Assembly (NCBI GenBank): GCA_964187785.1 | Contig: OZ076413.1 | Location: forward strand, 59,768,001-59,832,000 | Source: Amphiscolops sp. MND2022 | Taxonomy: Eukaryota | Length of the DNA stretch: 64,000 bases | Direction: 5' to 3' | Shown: piece after piece, positions 22,391 to 36,841 of the stretch | How positions within the stretch are numbered: the first letter of the stretch is position 1 | Layout of the letters: every line of letters starts with the position of its first letter | Notes under the pieces: generated by a model | What the model saw: only the letters and a program-made list of their open reading frames with translations | Told to the model about the DNA's origin: nothing | Database searches by the model: none | Translations under genes and position numbers: made by a program

Positions 22391-24980
22391 CTCTACATAG
22401 TTGTGAAGATCTTGTTGAAATAGTCCATCGGAAAAGATGTGACAAGACCGTTTTAAAAAGTTTATGAAATTGGCAACAAAATCGTCTTAGTAGTGATGCA
22501 ACGAGAATATCGCTCTAGTTGAATTGATATTTACAAACAGATTTTTATTCCTTCTTAGCAATCTTTGTTCCTCAACTAAAAATTCCTGGTATCGAGAAAA
22601 TAGACTTGTTCACCAAAAAACACTTGTTGGCTTATATTATTCCAGTCCGGCGTCTAAAATCAGGTATGCAAAGTCCTAGTTGCGTCGACAATGCGTCGCA
22701 CATGTTGAAAACAACTTCATTCAATTGATTATCATTCCTGAAGTCGCGACAAATTGGCGGTTTTTCGAAAGTCTGTTCAAAATTGGATGATAAAACTTAT
22801 ATGCGTGAACAATTTTTGTAGAGAGTTTGAGAAGCTTGGAATAGAAGATGACCTGCTAAATTGTTCGCGGGACTAAAACGGAAGAAAATTTATCCTAACG
22901 AAAGATGGCTGAACGATAACGGAGAGGAAAATTAACTCAAAAGGGTTATAAATTCAACCAAGAATATACTCAAAGTAATACAATTTTACTCCATTAATAA
23001 AACCTCATCCTAAGTAAAAACGCGCAACATAATCTTTTAGTTAGAAACATCAATACATAACGTTGAGTAAAAATACAACGATGACTCTACGTCCACCAAT
23101 CCAATGAAGCATCTTAAATTGGGAGCAATTCCCGCTTTTTACACACAAGATCAGTACTTTGCACTTCGCAATGTGCAGATAGTAACAACAGCACATTTGA
23201 CTAAACATGACCATTGTTGACGTTGACCTTACGTTACATCACATACTGATATTAAGGTAGCATGCAATTTATTCATAACTAGGTCCTTTTCGTCATTCAC
23301 TCAATTTTTATAATACTCAAACTGAAATGCCCACTGACACTCAAGTTGAATTTAGGGAAAAACTCAGATGTGACGTACTGTTAACGTGTTTTCCAAGTCA
23401 CTTTGTGGTTCTATGAAATTGGTAAACATACATCAACTTTGGTTGACTATCTCAGGGACTGAGAATATTTTCATTACCTCTCTCACGACACAGCTCTCGC
23501 GAATGAACGAGATACAAATTATGTCATTCTACATTTCTCATGAACGAAGATGATTTCGTAGAAGAAGTTCCATTTAGTGAGCAAGGTAGCACACAGATCG
23601 AGCCAACCTTCAGATCTGACGTAGTATTGACGTGTTTAGTTAAATTAGCTATACATGACAAAGGGCTGACGAAGACATCACGTCAAGCTTTTGAAATGCT
23701 CCCGATTCTCTTACTAGTGAGGTCACAAATACCAATTCTCTCGGCTTGAGCATGATTGCGTCGTACCATTAACGACGTCATTGGTTCACTATGCTGCCAA
23801 ATCTGAGTATTGATTTTTGTTTAAAAAATCGTTTCTATCTCGTCACAATTGTTTGTTTAGACTAGGGCTTTGTAATCATGATAATTTCATCAACTGTCCT
23901 GAAAAGACCTTTTATACTATGAGAGTATTTTTTGTTTATATCATGTCGTACATTGTCCTTTAAACTGTGAGGTAAATATGTTTTAGTTTTTTAGGTTGAA
24001 AATTGATATACAAATTTTTCTTTTCAAATTTCGATTTTTGCTTAAAAGGTTACCTTGTTATGTATATTGACGAAAAAAACGGAAATCTAGATGCGTTAAG
24101 CCTGAAATTTTACACCTGAAGTTTGTCGAAAAGTTTCACCCAACGGAAAAACATCATTGTACGTCAGTTTTCAACAACTATTCATCGTCTTGAAAAACAA
24201 TCCTTGCATTTTCTTTAGTTGCGTTGGAAGTAAACCTTTCCTACAAACTTAATACTTTTTGAATTTGTCGTGCCCAAGTCCAGTTGTTCTCCTATGAATC
24301 CCATGTTGGCAATACTTGCACCAGCTGTGAGCAGGCTGTGACATACAGTAAGTGAATTTTTCATAGTCCCTAGAAGCTTAAAGAAAAGGAACGTTCACTT
24401 GTTTTCGCATGATCTTCGGGACGAATCAAAATATTCGAATTTTTACCAAGTTGTTGTCAATTTGCCAAACCCTAACAAACTTTTGATTAAAATCAAATAA
24501 TGTGTCACGAGTCATCAGTGAGGTTATTAGTTATTGTCGGCCGAAATGACACAAATTTCACTAGTTTTTTTACGAAATGTCAGGAGAAGCCCGATTTCAA
24601 AACACGACTGTTTATACGACTTGTTTCAGTCGCAAAGCACAAAGAATGAAGCACAATTTTCCGTGAAGTAAAAAATTGATAATCAGTTGAGCCGAAGTAC
24701 AATTGACATTATATAATAAGATGTAAGGGACTTCTGTTGCCACATCAAAAAGCTTGAAAAACTCGTTCAAGTTGATTTTGGTTCTTGACAGAACATGTTA
24801 AAGTACCTGCCAGAAGTATGAACAAACACAAAAAGTCGCCACGGGAACGAGTAATCAATAAGAAAAGTTAAAAGGACAAAAAAGGGAGTGAAATCACGAT
24901 TGGAGAGTGTGCCAGCGCTTAGAAAATTAATTCTTTTTTTACATATTGCAACTACAGTGCCGACAACCCAAAATGCCGTT

Positions 24981-25290
24981 TGTAAGGAGATAAGTCCATA
25001 GGTTATTTCTCTGATATCAAATGCAGACCTAGAATCCTTCTAATTTTGCAATAGCCCGCTTGATTTGTTACCGATTCCTTGCTTGTCAGAAGACGTACCC
25101 ACCTCAGCATCTTTTTGGCTCAGAGACAAATTCCCTATTAAATTCTGAATTTCAGGAATTACTCTATCGCTAAAAGTGACCCTGTTGACCTGGGAATGCA
25201 TCACGTTCATTGAAGACTCCATTTCCTGAGAGAGCTTCATGTTCTTCTCGTTTGAGGTCATGTCCGAAGCCAGCGACGTGCTTAATGTCC
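24981..25290 (-). mobile_element. LTR-end relic of another Gypsy family with a coiled-coil-like ORF
   Basis: ORF 25040-25261 (MTSNEKNMKLSQEM...) and a decayed continuation run to ...CTCCTTACA, like the LTR-terminal ORFs of A and B. No PBS follows and the 5' boundary was not found. Confidence 0.45.
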
Positions 25291-25794
25291 ACTACTAGGA
25301 ACTTAGTTTAGAAGATTGTGAGAAGTAGCTCCTTCAAAAAAATGTCAAAACATGTTTACATCAAATTTTTACATGCTTACCGATGTGTCTTGTCGAATCA
25401 TTTCTTGAAGTTTGATTGAAAATAGCTGTTGTCACTTTATGACTGTGGTTAATGCTACGTAACAATGTTTTCATTGACTCAAACAACTAAGCGCGCTTCA
25501 CTCATAATCCAGACATACAACAGGAAAAATGCGTTATTTTAAAGAAATAATGCTCACCTGGTAAATGCTCCATGGATTTCAAGATTTGGCATTCCGTGCT
25601 ATTCCAAGTGTATATGGCCTCGGTTGTGGCGGCAAACGCGAGGAGAACCACAAAGTTCATTCGTAACATTTTTGAAAACAGAGCATTTGAATTTGAGTAA
25701 AGGCTACAATGACCAGCTTATATATACTAAGAGTCATATGGTACCAAAATGCACCTTATGGCTGTCAACAAACTCGGACTATACTTTAACTTTA

Positions 25795-25860
25795 TGAAAG
25801 ATTATATTATATTATATTATAATAATATATTTTATATTATATTATTTATATTTATAAAAA
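25795..25860. repeat. AT-rich low-complexity (TATATTAT-like) tract
   Basis: Almost pure A/T with repeated TATATTA. Confidence 0.8.
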
Positions 25861-26959
25861 ACTTCAAGTGACCGCAAAATTTAGCCTTTTACTGTTCCAA
25901 TTGGTGACGGCAGTTAGTTTTTTAATTAATATTGCAATTTTTGAATCGTGCCTCAAATTAACTGAGACTGATGTTATTTTTGCCTAAAATAACTCCTCAA
26001 AAAGTTACACAGTGACCGCTTAGAGATACACTACGAAATGGTAAATTGAATTGCAGAATTATTGATTATAATCACCAACCTGGCTCCGTTGATGCAGTGG
26101 CTGATGAAGGTGCTACGTAAACAACAAAACAAATAGGTACTCTACTAGCACGCTTTTCATCAGAGATTTTTGAACGATATGAAAAAAGCCCAAAATTGTG
26201 CGAAAAGCATGACTTTTAATTATTTTTTTTGCAACCGAGCACTTGTGAATTTAACATACAATATGACAGAAGAGAACTAAAGAACAATTGAAATTATTGA
26301 AAACAAAATGCTTAAAAATACCAGGAAGCCCTGAAAACTGTTAAACTTTTCGACATTTCCAAAGGTTTTGTGCAAGTTTCTCATGTGAAGTTTCACTGCA
26401 TTTAATTGGCTATGCGAGCCCTCAAAATGAATTGTGGCCAAATCAGGTTGTACTGAAAACATCATCGTGCTAAACTTGCTAAGCATCCTGTCTAGTTTAC
26501 TCAGACTCTCTGTTTAAAGGATTAGAAATCTCTCTATCTGTCAGTTTGTAGGATTCTAAACGGTCAACTTGTGAACCGGGTCCAAATTTAAACAGCTGCC
26601 AAGACCGGAAACTCGAAATTTCACATCCTTCAAAGTTTCGTTATTGGTAGTCTTTTAGCATTTAGATAGCGGAGCTCTCATATACTATGTTGTCAAAACA
26701 ATGCTCCCAGTGTTTCTCGATTTCCTGAATTTCTCACAGAGCTTGTCATTGCGACCGTGGAGAAGTGTACGGATGGGGATTCCATTCTCAAAACAGACCT
26801 GTAGACCAATTTGCGCTCAACATCTGTCGATAGGCCCATTACGCTTCGTAGAGTCAATGTCCCATTTAATTGTTACACTTTAAGGCATTTTCCTAAGCAG
26901 AAACACCGCCTATTTTTTCTTCAAGAACGCAAAACAATTGTTTTCTACGGTATTCTGGT

Positions 26960-28370
26960 AAAATGTAACAATAGTGGAACGTCTCGAGTCGGCGCCCCAC
27001 TTAAGGCTCAAAAAGCGCAAAGTTTTTCGCGCAAAAAAACATGTTCAGGACGTTTTCATCAAAAACTCACAGAAGAGTGTCAACAAACCCAAATGATTCG
27101 TTCAGGAACGAATAGGTTACCATGTATTCGAACCTTGAGCTCTTTTCTGGAAACAAGACGAGAACGTCTAAAGTCGGCGCCATATCTAAGGCTCAAAAAG
27201 CACAAAACATTTTTTTGGAAAAAATTGAAATATTTTTCTCCCAAAAAAAGTCGCATAGTGCCGAAAAATGTAAAAGGGGGACCCTTCTGGATTTATTAAC
27301 ATACATTCCGTTGCAAAATATCAAAAAACTCGAAGAGGGACCCTTTGGGGACATTAAATTTTTTTTGGAACAAAGTCGCACATTGCCGAAAAAAATCCAA
27401 AGGGGAGACCCTTGAGGCACGTCCGGAATTGTAGGGTACGTTGAAAAAGTAAAAAATGAAAGGGGGGGGACCCTTTGGACTAAGTCTCCCGTGCCCGGAC
27501 TTGGCCTCAGGTGCTCAGATGGTTTCATGATTGTTTCTAAAAAGTTTGAGGATTGTTTGAGAATCAGTTTGAGGATTGTAGTCTGAAGAAAAAAAACAAG
27601 CCAGGAACGGCTCAAGTCGGCGCCATATCTAAGGCTCAAAAACAGCAAAAGGACTTCAAAGTGTCAAAGTATTCTCTTCTACGGTACCGGAAAAACCCAA
27701 AAGTTGAACAGAATTGAGGCACCAGAGGGGACCCTTTGAGATTTTTCATCCATTCTGTGGCAAATCTTCAAAAAAAATTGAAGGAGAAGAACTTTTGGTG
27801 AAATTTTTTTTGAAAAAAGTCTGAAAATGCCGAAAAAAATTGAAATGGGGGACCCTTTGGGATTTTTCAACGTCCGTTCTGTCGGAAAACTCCAAAAAAA
27901 CTGAAGGGGGGACCTATGGGGAAAATTTTTTTTCGAAAAAAAAATCTCTCAGAGCCGAAACTACTCTAAGGGAGTACCCTTTGGTCCCTTTGAGTTTCTT
28001 AGATGATGTAAAAATACTACTTCGCAAGCCTTTGCGCCAGTATTTTCAATTTGCTAAGTAAGAATTGTAAGATTCTAAAGTTGTAAGAATTGTGAGAAAA
28101 GAGGACCGATCAGTGTGAGGATTGTAGTCTGAAGAAAAAAAAACAGTCACTGCAATAGTCGGACATTTTTCCCTTAATGGAAAAGCGCCGACTAGAAACA
28201 GTCACTGCTATAGTCGGGCATTTTTCCCTTAATGGTCCCCTCTTTCATTTTTTTTTACTTTTTTAACGTAACCTACAAAACTGGCCGAGGCTAAAGGGTC
28301 CCCCCTTTTGATTTGTTTCGGCACTGTGCGACTTTTTTTCGAAAATTTTTTAATGTCCCCCCTTTGGAGG
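26960..28370. mobile_element. Compound Helentron/HINE-like repeat with ~61-bp GGGGGACCCTTT subunits
   Basis: Three AGTCGGCGCC heads (26987, 27172, 27615). GGGACCCTTT subunits about every 60 bp. End hairpin TAGTCGG...GCGCCGACTAG 28157-28195. Inverted fragment 28232-28370. Confidence 0.6.
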
Positions 28371-30790
28371 TCTGAAAAATTCACAATGTCCACATGCCAT
28401 TTCGGTGTCAAACAAGTTGACTTCCTGGGCCGCTTAATTAAACAAGATGGCGTCGCTCCGCAAGACGACAAAGCCAAACACTTCGTTTCAAAACTACGAT
28501 TCCCCAATTCCAAAAATGTCTTCACAATAAATAGAATTCTTAAACTGTTACCGCAACTAACTTTCACAACACTCTGAACAGCTATCCCCTTCTTCAAACT
28601 CCTAAAGAAAACTTCCAAATTTTGCGTTCCCACAAACTTGGTAGATGACTTCACCAATCCGAACAAACTCCTCGAGAACTCATGCCAATCATCTCTGAGA
28701 CAACCTCTCAGAGACAAACAACTCATAGTCATGTCCGCCGCAAGCTTCACAGCAGCAGGATATGCTATCATTATAGAAGATGACAACCACAGCGTTTGGA
28801 TCTAAAACCTTCAACCCAACACAAACGAAAATGTCTACTTACGCAAAAGAATGACTATCCATATACTTTACATTTGTTGAATTTGGTTTGGAGAAGTACC
28901 TTTCCAGTTATCGTGCTCACCGACAATATAACAGTAACACGTTTTGTCCAACAAAACTCATTTCTCTGGCACTCTGGAATGCATGCGATTATATCTTACA
29001 ATACAGCTTCGTAATCGCCCATATGGCTGAATCGATGAATACTGCAACTGATTTTCTATCAAGAACGGAAAGCAGCTTAACCGAGCAATTCGAAATGAGC
29101 ATACGAAATGACATCCAAACAAAAGCCATCGAAGTCAACAAACAATCATCAGCAATCGTAGAAGAAGAACGAATCTACATCCTGCCTAATGATGAATTTG
29201 GTGAGAAACAACTTTGGGAAGAGATACATAATGTGTCAAATCAAGCTCAATAAGAAACAGGCAATGAACCAGAGAACGATATTACGGAACTCCATCAATT
29301 CCACCAACCCACATCTGGCTTGAACACCTGTTCCGAGGAATACTTCCGAGACAAGGCCAGAATTAGACTTGAACAGAATAAACATCGTCCTCAGAATTTT
29401 ACGAGCTGAACAAGAGGGACACCCTTTCGATGAAAACGAACTGACATCGAAACCAACATTACCAAAAAAACATCACTCGAATCGGAATTAAGCAAGAGGT
29501 TCTGACATGAATACGGACAAAAGAACCACTTCGCTTCACAATAATTTGTTACTAGTACCAAATCCTAGAAGAACTTCTCCAACCCTTACCTTGTCACAAC
29601 TCGAACCATACAGGCAACACCAAGAAGATACAGGAAGTTAGGCAGATGTACTACTGCCCAAGTATCGCTAAAAAATCAAAAACTGGGTCAATATTTGTCA
29701 AACATGCATACGAACAAAAAAGAAATAAAAACGATATCCTCAGGACTGAACTGTTCAAATGCCCAGAATGGGTTATAGGACCTGAAGACATTCTTCAAAT
29801 GGACGTCTGCCCCAATCGCCCACCCATCGTCGGGTATGACAACATAATAACAGCATGCGATACTTTTCCGCGATATCTGTTCGCTTACCCGGTGGCCCGT
29901 ATCACTGCAACAGCGGTGCCCCGAGTCTTATTGGACATCTTATGCAAGCATACAGACCTTCCAACAACGATTAATTTGGATCTTGGCACACAAATCAAGG
30001 CCCAAGTAACACATGGAATCACAGCAATCCTAGGATGTAAGCTTAAAAACGCAACACTGAAACACGCTCAAATAATAGGAACCCATGCTTCAGTAAAATC
30101 ACACCTCAAAGCATCAACTGGAGAATTCCGCCATAAGTGGCATAAACATCACCCGTTGGCAGTACTATATCACATCACAACTTGTCATGCATCACTTGGT
30201 TGCGAACACTCACGAGTCTTTCATGGGCTCATATCGCACAATATACTGGATGATAAGTTAATATACAACCCTGACCCGAAACATTAACTACAAACCGATG
30301 TTGCAGAAGAAATACAAAGAAGAATGGAAAAACTTTTGAACCAAACGGAAAAAAAACATTATGTAATCCTATCTTACATACAAATCCTGTTACCCTAGGG
30401 AAGCAAAAGCATCTACGCTAGAAACAACGGACTACTGTTATATCTTAATTGCGAAAGCAGATACACCAGCAACGAACGTACCATTTCGGGTCCTTATAAA
30501 GTGGATAACATCTTTCCTAACAACAAATATATAGTTAGAAGTCTGGGAACTAACAAAACACAACTGTTGCACCAAATTCGTCCGTGGAAATTGACACCGC
30601 AAGCACCCTTAGCTGAAATCTTTGTACCAAAACCAGATTGGCAAAAATATAACCAAATACCAGCAGCGCATGATGATTTTTATGCCCAATCATCAAATAC
30701 GAGTTTTGGTCCGAATCAAGTTGAGGACAACACTCCAGATTAAACACAAAATACTGATGACAATGAATACATATCAATAGAAGTACCCGC
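28370..30790 (+). pseudogene. pol: Highly degenerate Gypsy pol (RT C-terminus, RNase H, integrase) related to element A
   Basis: Colinear with 4850-7330 (CHFGVKQVDFLGR, LWNACDY, GPEDILQMD), with many stops and frameshifts. Confidence 0.9.
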
Positions 30791-33321
30791 AATTTTCAAC
30801 AACCCCATTCCGTTGAAGTGGGGTAACTGGCAAGGCCTTCTAAAATTCGGGAAATGGTGGGGAATCCCTCGGGAATGCATGGGCGAAAATTACTGTCCAT
30901 AACAGAAAACCTCGGAAACGCATGGGCGAAATCAACTATTGGTTGAACATAATTTGTCCATCAGTTTCTGACTAAGTGTGATTAATTTGATATAAATCTT
31001 GAAAATATAACATAAAATATCTAAATTGAGCCCATGCAACTGACGAGAAGTATTTGCCGAGAATCAGAAGTTTAATAACCCATTCACAGTAACTTTTTAT
31101 CCCGAAGTCATTTTGAACAAGGCTTACCATGCTTTCCTCTTTTCCATTTATCTACCCTTTCTTTATCCAGCGATAATCTATAATGGCTGATAAGGTGAAT
31201 AGTCGAAATTTACTTAATAGTTTTGTTATATAACTATCACTTTTTGATTAGCTAAATTCTCATAAGGGAATGAAATTGTTTTTGGAGTAATTTCACAAGT
31301 ATCAAACATTAAAAAGAAAACCCTCATTACTTTTTGTTTGACTCAAATCTTTAAAACCGATGGCTTCGATTCAATATGGTAGAATAATGTTGAAAAGTAT
31401 TACGGTGTCGCTCTACTGTTCTTTTGCCCTAAATCACAAACAAAATGATTCACATGAGACTGATTTAAGAAACGAATATCAAAAAAAAGAAAAGAAACAC
31501 AATTAAAATGGCAATGGATACAAATGATTCATTAAACTAAAAATTAAACTGATGTCTGCAATTACTGGCTGGGATACTGTCCCAGTCTGCATTTGCCTGA
31601 AACGTTTCTCAGTCAGAATTTAAATTCTTGGAAATTTAGTCAACTAGGCAAAAGTCTTGATTCGTCATTGCTCGTTTGGATTGAGATATTCTGACCAAAC
31701 TTTCAGCGCTGACACGTAATGAAAAGCTCTATTCACAGGTGAACAAGCTGCGGACAAGTCCAAAACTTTCTGCTTCATAAAGTTTGCTTCTGTCAACATT
31801 AGGTTTTCCGCTGGGTAACAGACCGAGTAGCTTCTGTCGTCTTACTCGACCAGTGTTGCCATGGCCTTTTTCATCTCCACGTCGAACCATACCTTCTCCA
31901 ATTTCAAAGTGAAGTCCGTGCGCCTGATGGTAATCGTAACGTGGTCACCTAATAACAGAACAGAAACAATTAATTTCATTTAGTATTACTAAACTTTTAT
32001 ATTACCATTTTAAAAAACTAAAATGAATATAAAAACAAGTTAATGAAGCCTTGAGAGAGATATATGCGACAAAGTTCTAGAAGCATGGACATTTTTCAAG
32101 AGGAAGCGTGTGGCCAATAACTTCTTTCTAAATTTTTTCCTATTCTTATTTTCTTAGTGTAGTGGAGGTTAGACTGGTATAAATCAAATTCATACACCTG
32201 CTGAAACGATATCATTCTAGCATGATACAATGTCCAAAAGTTCGTTTTGCTTAGCAAGACTCGCAATATTTGCATCGAGGTGAATCTTCGGTCTGGGAAA
32301 GGTTGTGGTGGCTACTGGGGCTGCATCTGTCTCCACTACTGTCTTTTTTGCTGCGATGGCTGGACATCTTTGGGCTCTGAAACACACTCTGAAGGCTGCC
32401 TTGTATCTGGATTCGGCCAGATCTTGGGACGAAATTATTGATAGTCGATGAACTCGATGTCCTTTGTGTCCCCGCCGAAGGAAGCAGCCATTTTTGCTGG
32501 AACGGGTTATTCTTGGCACCAAAACCTGACTTCAGCAGCTTCGAATCCTCGGCAAGTTTCTGACTTCTTCTAAACTAGGGATGTCCGCTGGGGATCTCCG
32601 AGACGTCCCCAGTGAAATAGATTCTGCCCCTTAGTTGGCGCTTTCTTGGGTCGGGGATGTCCAAAACTATTTATGTTGGCTTTTTGGATTTCCGGGGAGC
32701 GCGGACATCTCATGGTACTCTACATTTTCTGAAAGGACAGCAGTTTTGGGGTGTCTTGGGAAGCACTCCAATTCTGTCTGATCCCAATCGCTTCACAAGT
32801 TTATCTGGCCAGTAGAGGTCCTTTACACGGATTCCAAATGATCCTTCAAACTCAAGGATGCGAGCATCTTCTCAAATTTTTGTTCCAGGATTCAAAACTG
32901 GAACTTGCTCTTTCAAATCAAAAACACTCAGAAAGTCCATTTCAATTGATGAAGCTAGTGTTTTGTTTATCAAACAGTTGCTTTTTTTTCGAGTATTTTC
33001 AGTATTGCATGTGCCACTTATGTTTATCAAGCAGGTTTGAGCAAATGATTTTATTATTGGGTTTAATGTTTATCAAGTTGGTTTCATCGAGCTACATTTT
33101 TACATACAGGTGCATTTTGGTTGTCACACGCACTTTAATTGAATATCAGACGCATTTCAACTCACAATAATTCTCCAGAAACTTTTCCGCGAAACATGAA
33201 TAACGTAATAAAAAATTATAGTTTTTTGTGTACCGCTTCCCGAACAACCATACGCTCCACGTGAGTGTGAACACGCTAAAACTACAATTAGCCGTTTACT
33301 TTCCAATATAGTTTTTGACGT

Positions 33322-35371
33322 ATGACTATGAGCATGACAATACACTCCGAGCAGCTTTTGCACAGTTACACTAAAACAATTGAACGAAAGATTTATGTAG
33401 ATGCCAAAACTTTAGCTGTTTTTGCTGGGCATGTTACAAGGGGGAAATCTCGAAAACTGAAAAGCGCGATCGATACAGTAATTGACGGAGCTGAATTGGA
33501 ACTTAAAGAATGTGGAATAAACGAACAAAAAACTTGCTTCGTTGCCGTTGGAAATAAGCAAATAATAATTATTTGTGGTTTACAAAGTGGGTATCGATGG
33601 ACACAATTACGGAGAAAATGTGTGTCCTACTTTTTCCCAAAAACGCAACACCTAATTCCCGACTCACAACTTTTCGCCAATCCACTTTCAATCTCAGTTA
33701 AGCAGTGTTTTGAACCTGAATCAGGTTTCAGTCAGAAAATGCATACAATTCTCGCAACATTAGCAGCTACAGAACAGGAACGGATTCATGCTAAAGCGCA
33801 GAAGAACTCTCTATATCCATTTGAAGCCTAGGCTCTTTTGAATGGTGTTTTTTCAAACTATTCATCTTACGAAAAGCGGAAGTTAGATATATTTATCTGT
33901 ATTAAAACGGATAGTTGGATAAAATTGGTTGTTAACAAGCTGAAAAAAACTTTCCATATCGATGGACTCTCTCAAAAGCAATTATTTCATGAATATTTTC
34001 ATCGATATACAACGATCACAGAAATGTCGAAACCAACGACTTCCAAGTCTTTATCCCTATTCAGACCAAAGACCACTTTCTCGGGATTCCAAATTGATCT
34101 TGTACGTGCTATCAGAGCCATGACATTCATTCTGTTCAAAAGAAAAGATTTGCAAGGTCTGAAAATGATATTTGAGGAGATGGTGTTCAAATAAGGAAGA
34201 AAGATCAAACTCGAATGGCCTTCCGTTTTCTTGAAAGACCATCTATCAGCAATCAGTCATCTGATGCACTCTTCTCTTTTCCTGTTTTCCAAGGTAAATT
34301 CTAATACTTTAACAACATTCCCTGCTGAATCTCAATGTCATAGTTTAGCTCTAAAACTCTAAGTTAGTTTTGCATAACTTACAATACGTATTTACAGGTC
34401 ACGACGGTCGTTGGTTGCTAGAGCAAAATGTCGGGTACCTGGAACTAGGTGCGCAAGATTCCTTTTGCCTTTACCAGCAGAGTAAACAACTCCATGACGC
34501 CGGAGTCCGTTCAACATACAGTGGATTACCGCCATTCCTAAATCGCTTTCTCATCGGAACCTCGGTTGATCGACTGGAGAGTGAAGATTCTCCATCAAAA
34601 CAGCAGAAGTATCTTGTAATATGACAATTCAGTTTAACCAGAAACCGTGCTCGGAAAAAATGTCCATTGAGGTGATGTTCGCATACCATTTCGAGCTGCC
34701 GCTCCTCCTGAAAAATTGACGTTTTTGCCAGGCAACAGACGTTTGTCCCGACGACACTCATGCAAAAACAAGAGTTTTTACCGAGAACAAGACTGTCGAT
34801 GTATTGTCGGGTACGAAAAGTGCGAGCATGAATGTGTTGAAAAATCCTCTTCTCGAGTCTTTTAAAAATGTAGAAAGCCGATGTCATATGAAACTCTTGG
34901 ATGCAGCCGAACTCTGGAGAAAGTCGGTAAATCAGCTGATTCTACTGATGGGGACGAGGACGAACAGGACAGTTCTGACTATAAATACTGGTCAGAAATC
35001 CACTAGCACATTTCGATTGTGCTGTTCGATGTGAAACTAGGTTTGACGCCGTACAAACTAAAACTGTGCCTGAGTTCCAAGCTGTAGAAGGAGGCTATAT
35101 TTAGTCAAACTTTAACCACCTGTGTGAAGGCCCCGAAACATCCAATCATGATGTCCATAACGACTTTCATCAAAAGACCATGCGAGACGGAAGGAGAGTT
35201 CAACACGCCGACACGATGTTTCTCGAAATGTTTTTCACTTTCTGTTCTGATCTTCGGTTTTCGACTTTGATGGGCACCATCGAGGAACAACTCTTACTTC
35301 GTCATCAACGGCTGTTTGATGAACCCATTGAGGTGAACCTATCTTTTTTGGACTTCCTGGGACCAATCTAG
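33322..35371 (+). pseudogene. Decayed intron-containing gene of unknown family
   Basis: One frame runs from 33322 to about 34290 with only two stops. Donor-like AAG|GTAAAT near 34293 and acceptor TTACAG|G near 34397 lead into ORF 34370-34624. Confidence 0.35.
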
Positions 35372-36841
35372 AAAGCAGAAAGCCATAATTTCTATTGGAA
35401 ATGCCCGCCAGAAGTCCCGCGCTTTCTTGGGTGAATTTTTTTTGCTACCAATAAGAACACGTCGAGGTTTTCTGGTCATGGAATCTGAGTATTACAATTA
35501 GGCAAAATATAGTTGGGTAAACCGTCAGTATATTGTATATTTGGCTTTTCTTGTGAATCGGAAATGCATGGGATTGCTGAAAAAATGTTTGCTTGAGTTT
35601 TGCTGCATGTTCATGTTGATAGCTACTAGTCGTAAGTTATACTGATAAATGATTTTCGCGAAAAGCGACCGATTTCAATACCACTGGCATAGTGGTTATT
35701 TCGTGTGGCGTTCCGCTGCTTGTTCTGCCGCTCGTTCTCTCTTGGTATCGAGATTCGTTTCTCTGCGCCGCTATTGGTGCAGCTTTCTGTAGCCAGTGGC
35801 TGGTATTATGTGTGGTATTAATTGCCGCAGATTTCGATTGCCGGTGACGACAGCGCATTCAACAACTGTGGCAAGTAGTGAGTAGATTGAGATGGGAAAT
35901 CTCAATCTATTTACTTTTATGTTTTCAACTTAGTATTTGCAATTTGTTTTCACAGATGTAAATAATTTTCTGCTTGCTTCAGAATCGAGATTCTTTTTGT
36001 ACAGCAAGTTCAATAAAGAGCAACGAACTCAACATGAAAACTAAGATGGAGAGTCCCAAAAAAGTTACCGAAAATGCTGGAGAGAAAATTTTAGAACGAG
36101 CAGCAATGAATACGCTCCTCTTCAGACACTTCAAGTTGCCACAAATTTATGAGATTCTCCAAACTGACACAGATCTTATTAGTTCACAGACGTCTGGTGA
36201 AACATTGCCACAAGTGACAGAAGTATTGGCTAGGGATGATGCAAAAAAAAGAAAACAACATGAACCTTTTTGATTTAGTTACATTTTACGGCACCTGACC
36301 AGTCGTGGATTTACGTTTTTATTCGTTGACTTTATCTTGAAAAGTATCGAAACTTCAACATTTTTTATGTGTAGTCTTTTGCGTTCAAACCAGGGCCAGA
36401 CGTTCCATCAACTACTGTTCGTGACCATTCTTCAAAGGAATCCCGAACTACGAAACACAATTTAAGCGATAACTTTGATACTAGCAAACGACGAGAGTTG
36501 CTGAAAAGCGTGAACAAGAAGAAAAAAATGATAAAAAAACGACGAAGCATCCTCAAATTAATCGAACTCAGAATCTTTTAACTATTATAAAAGATAGGTT
36601 GTGAAAACTTTGATTCAATCAACTTTGAAATCTTTTTCCTTGTTTTCGGTCATATTTTAATTGAATCAATCGCATTATTCTAAAATATTTCAAAATGTAA
36701 AGGTAGCAAAACTTAACAGCTAAAAAACAAGTAAATATAGATAAGGCAGAATGGAAATAAGTCTTTCAAAGACTCAGAACTGAAATTCCAATTTCTAAAA
36801 CACTACTGTAAACTTCGCCGAATTTCACTCCATGGGGACAG

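Noticed and set aside
31851-31860. CAGTGTTGCC, similar to some hAT terminal inverted repeats
   Set aside because: No matching inverted partner or 8-bp TSD found by eye.
32217-32750. Minus-strand ORF starting MVPRITRSSK, reminiscent of LTR-ORF or gag starts
   Set aside because: No LTR terminus, PBS or gag motif found nearby.
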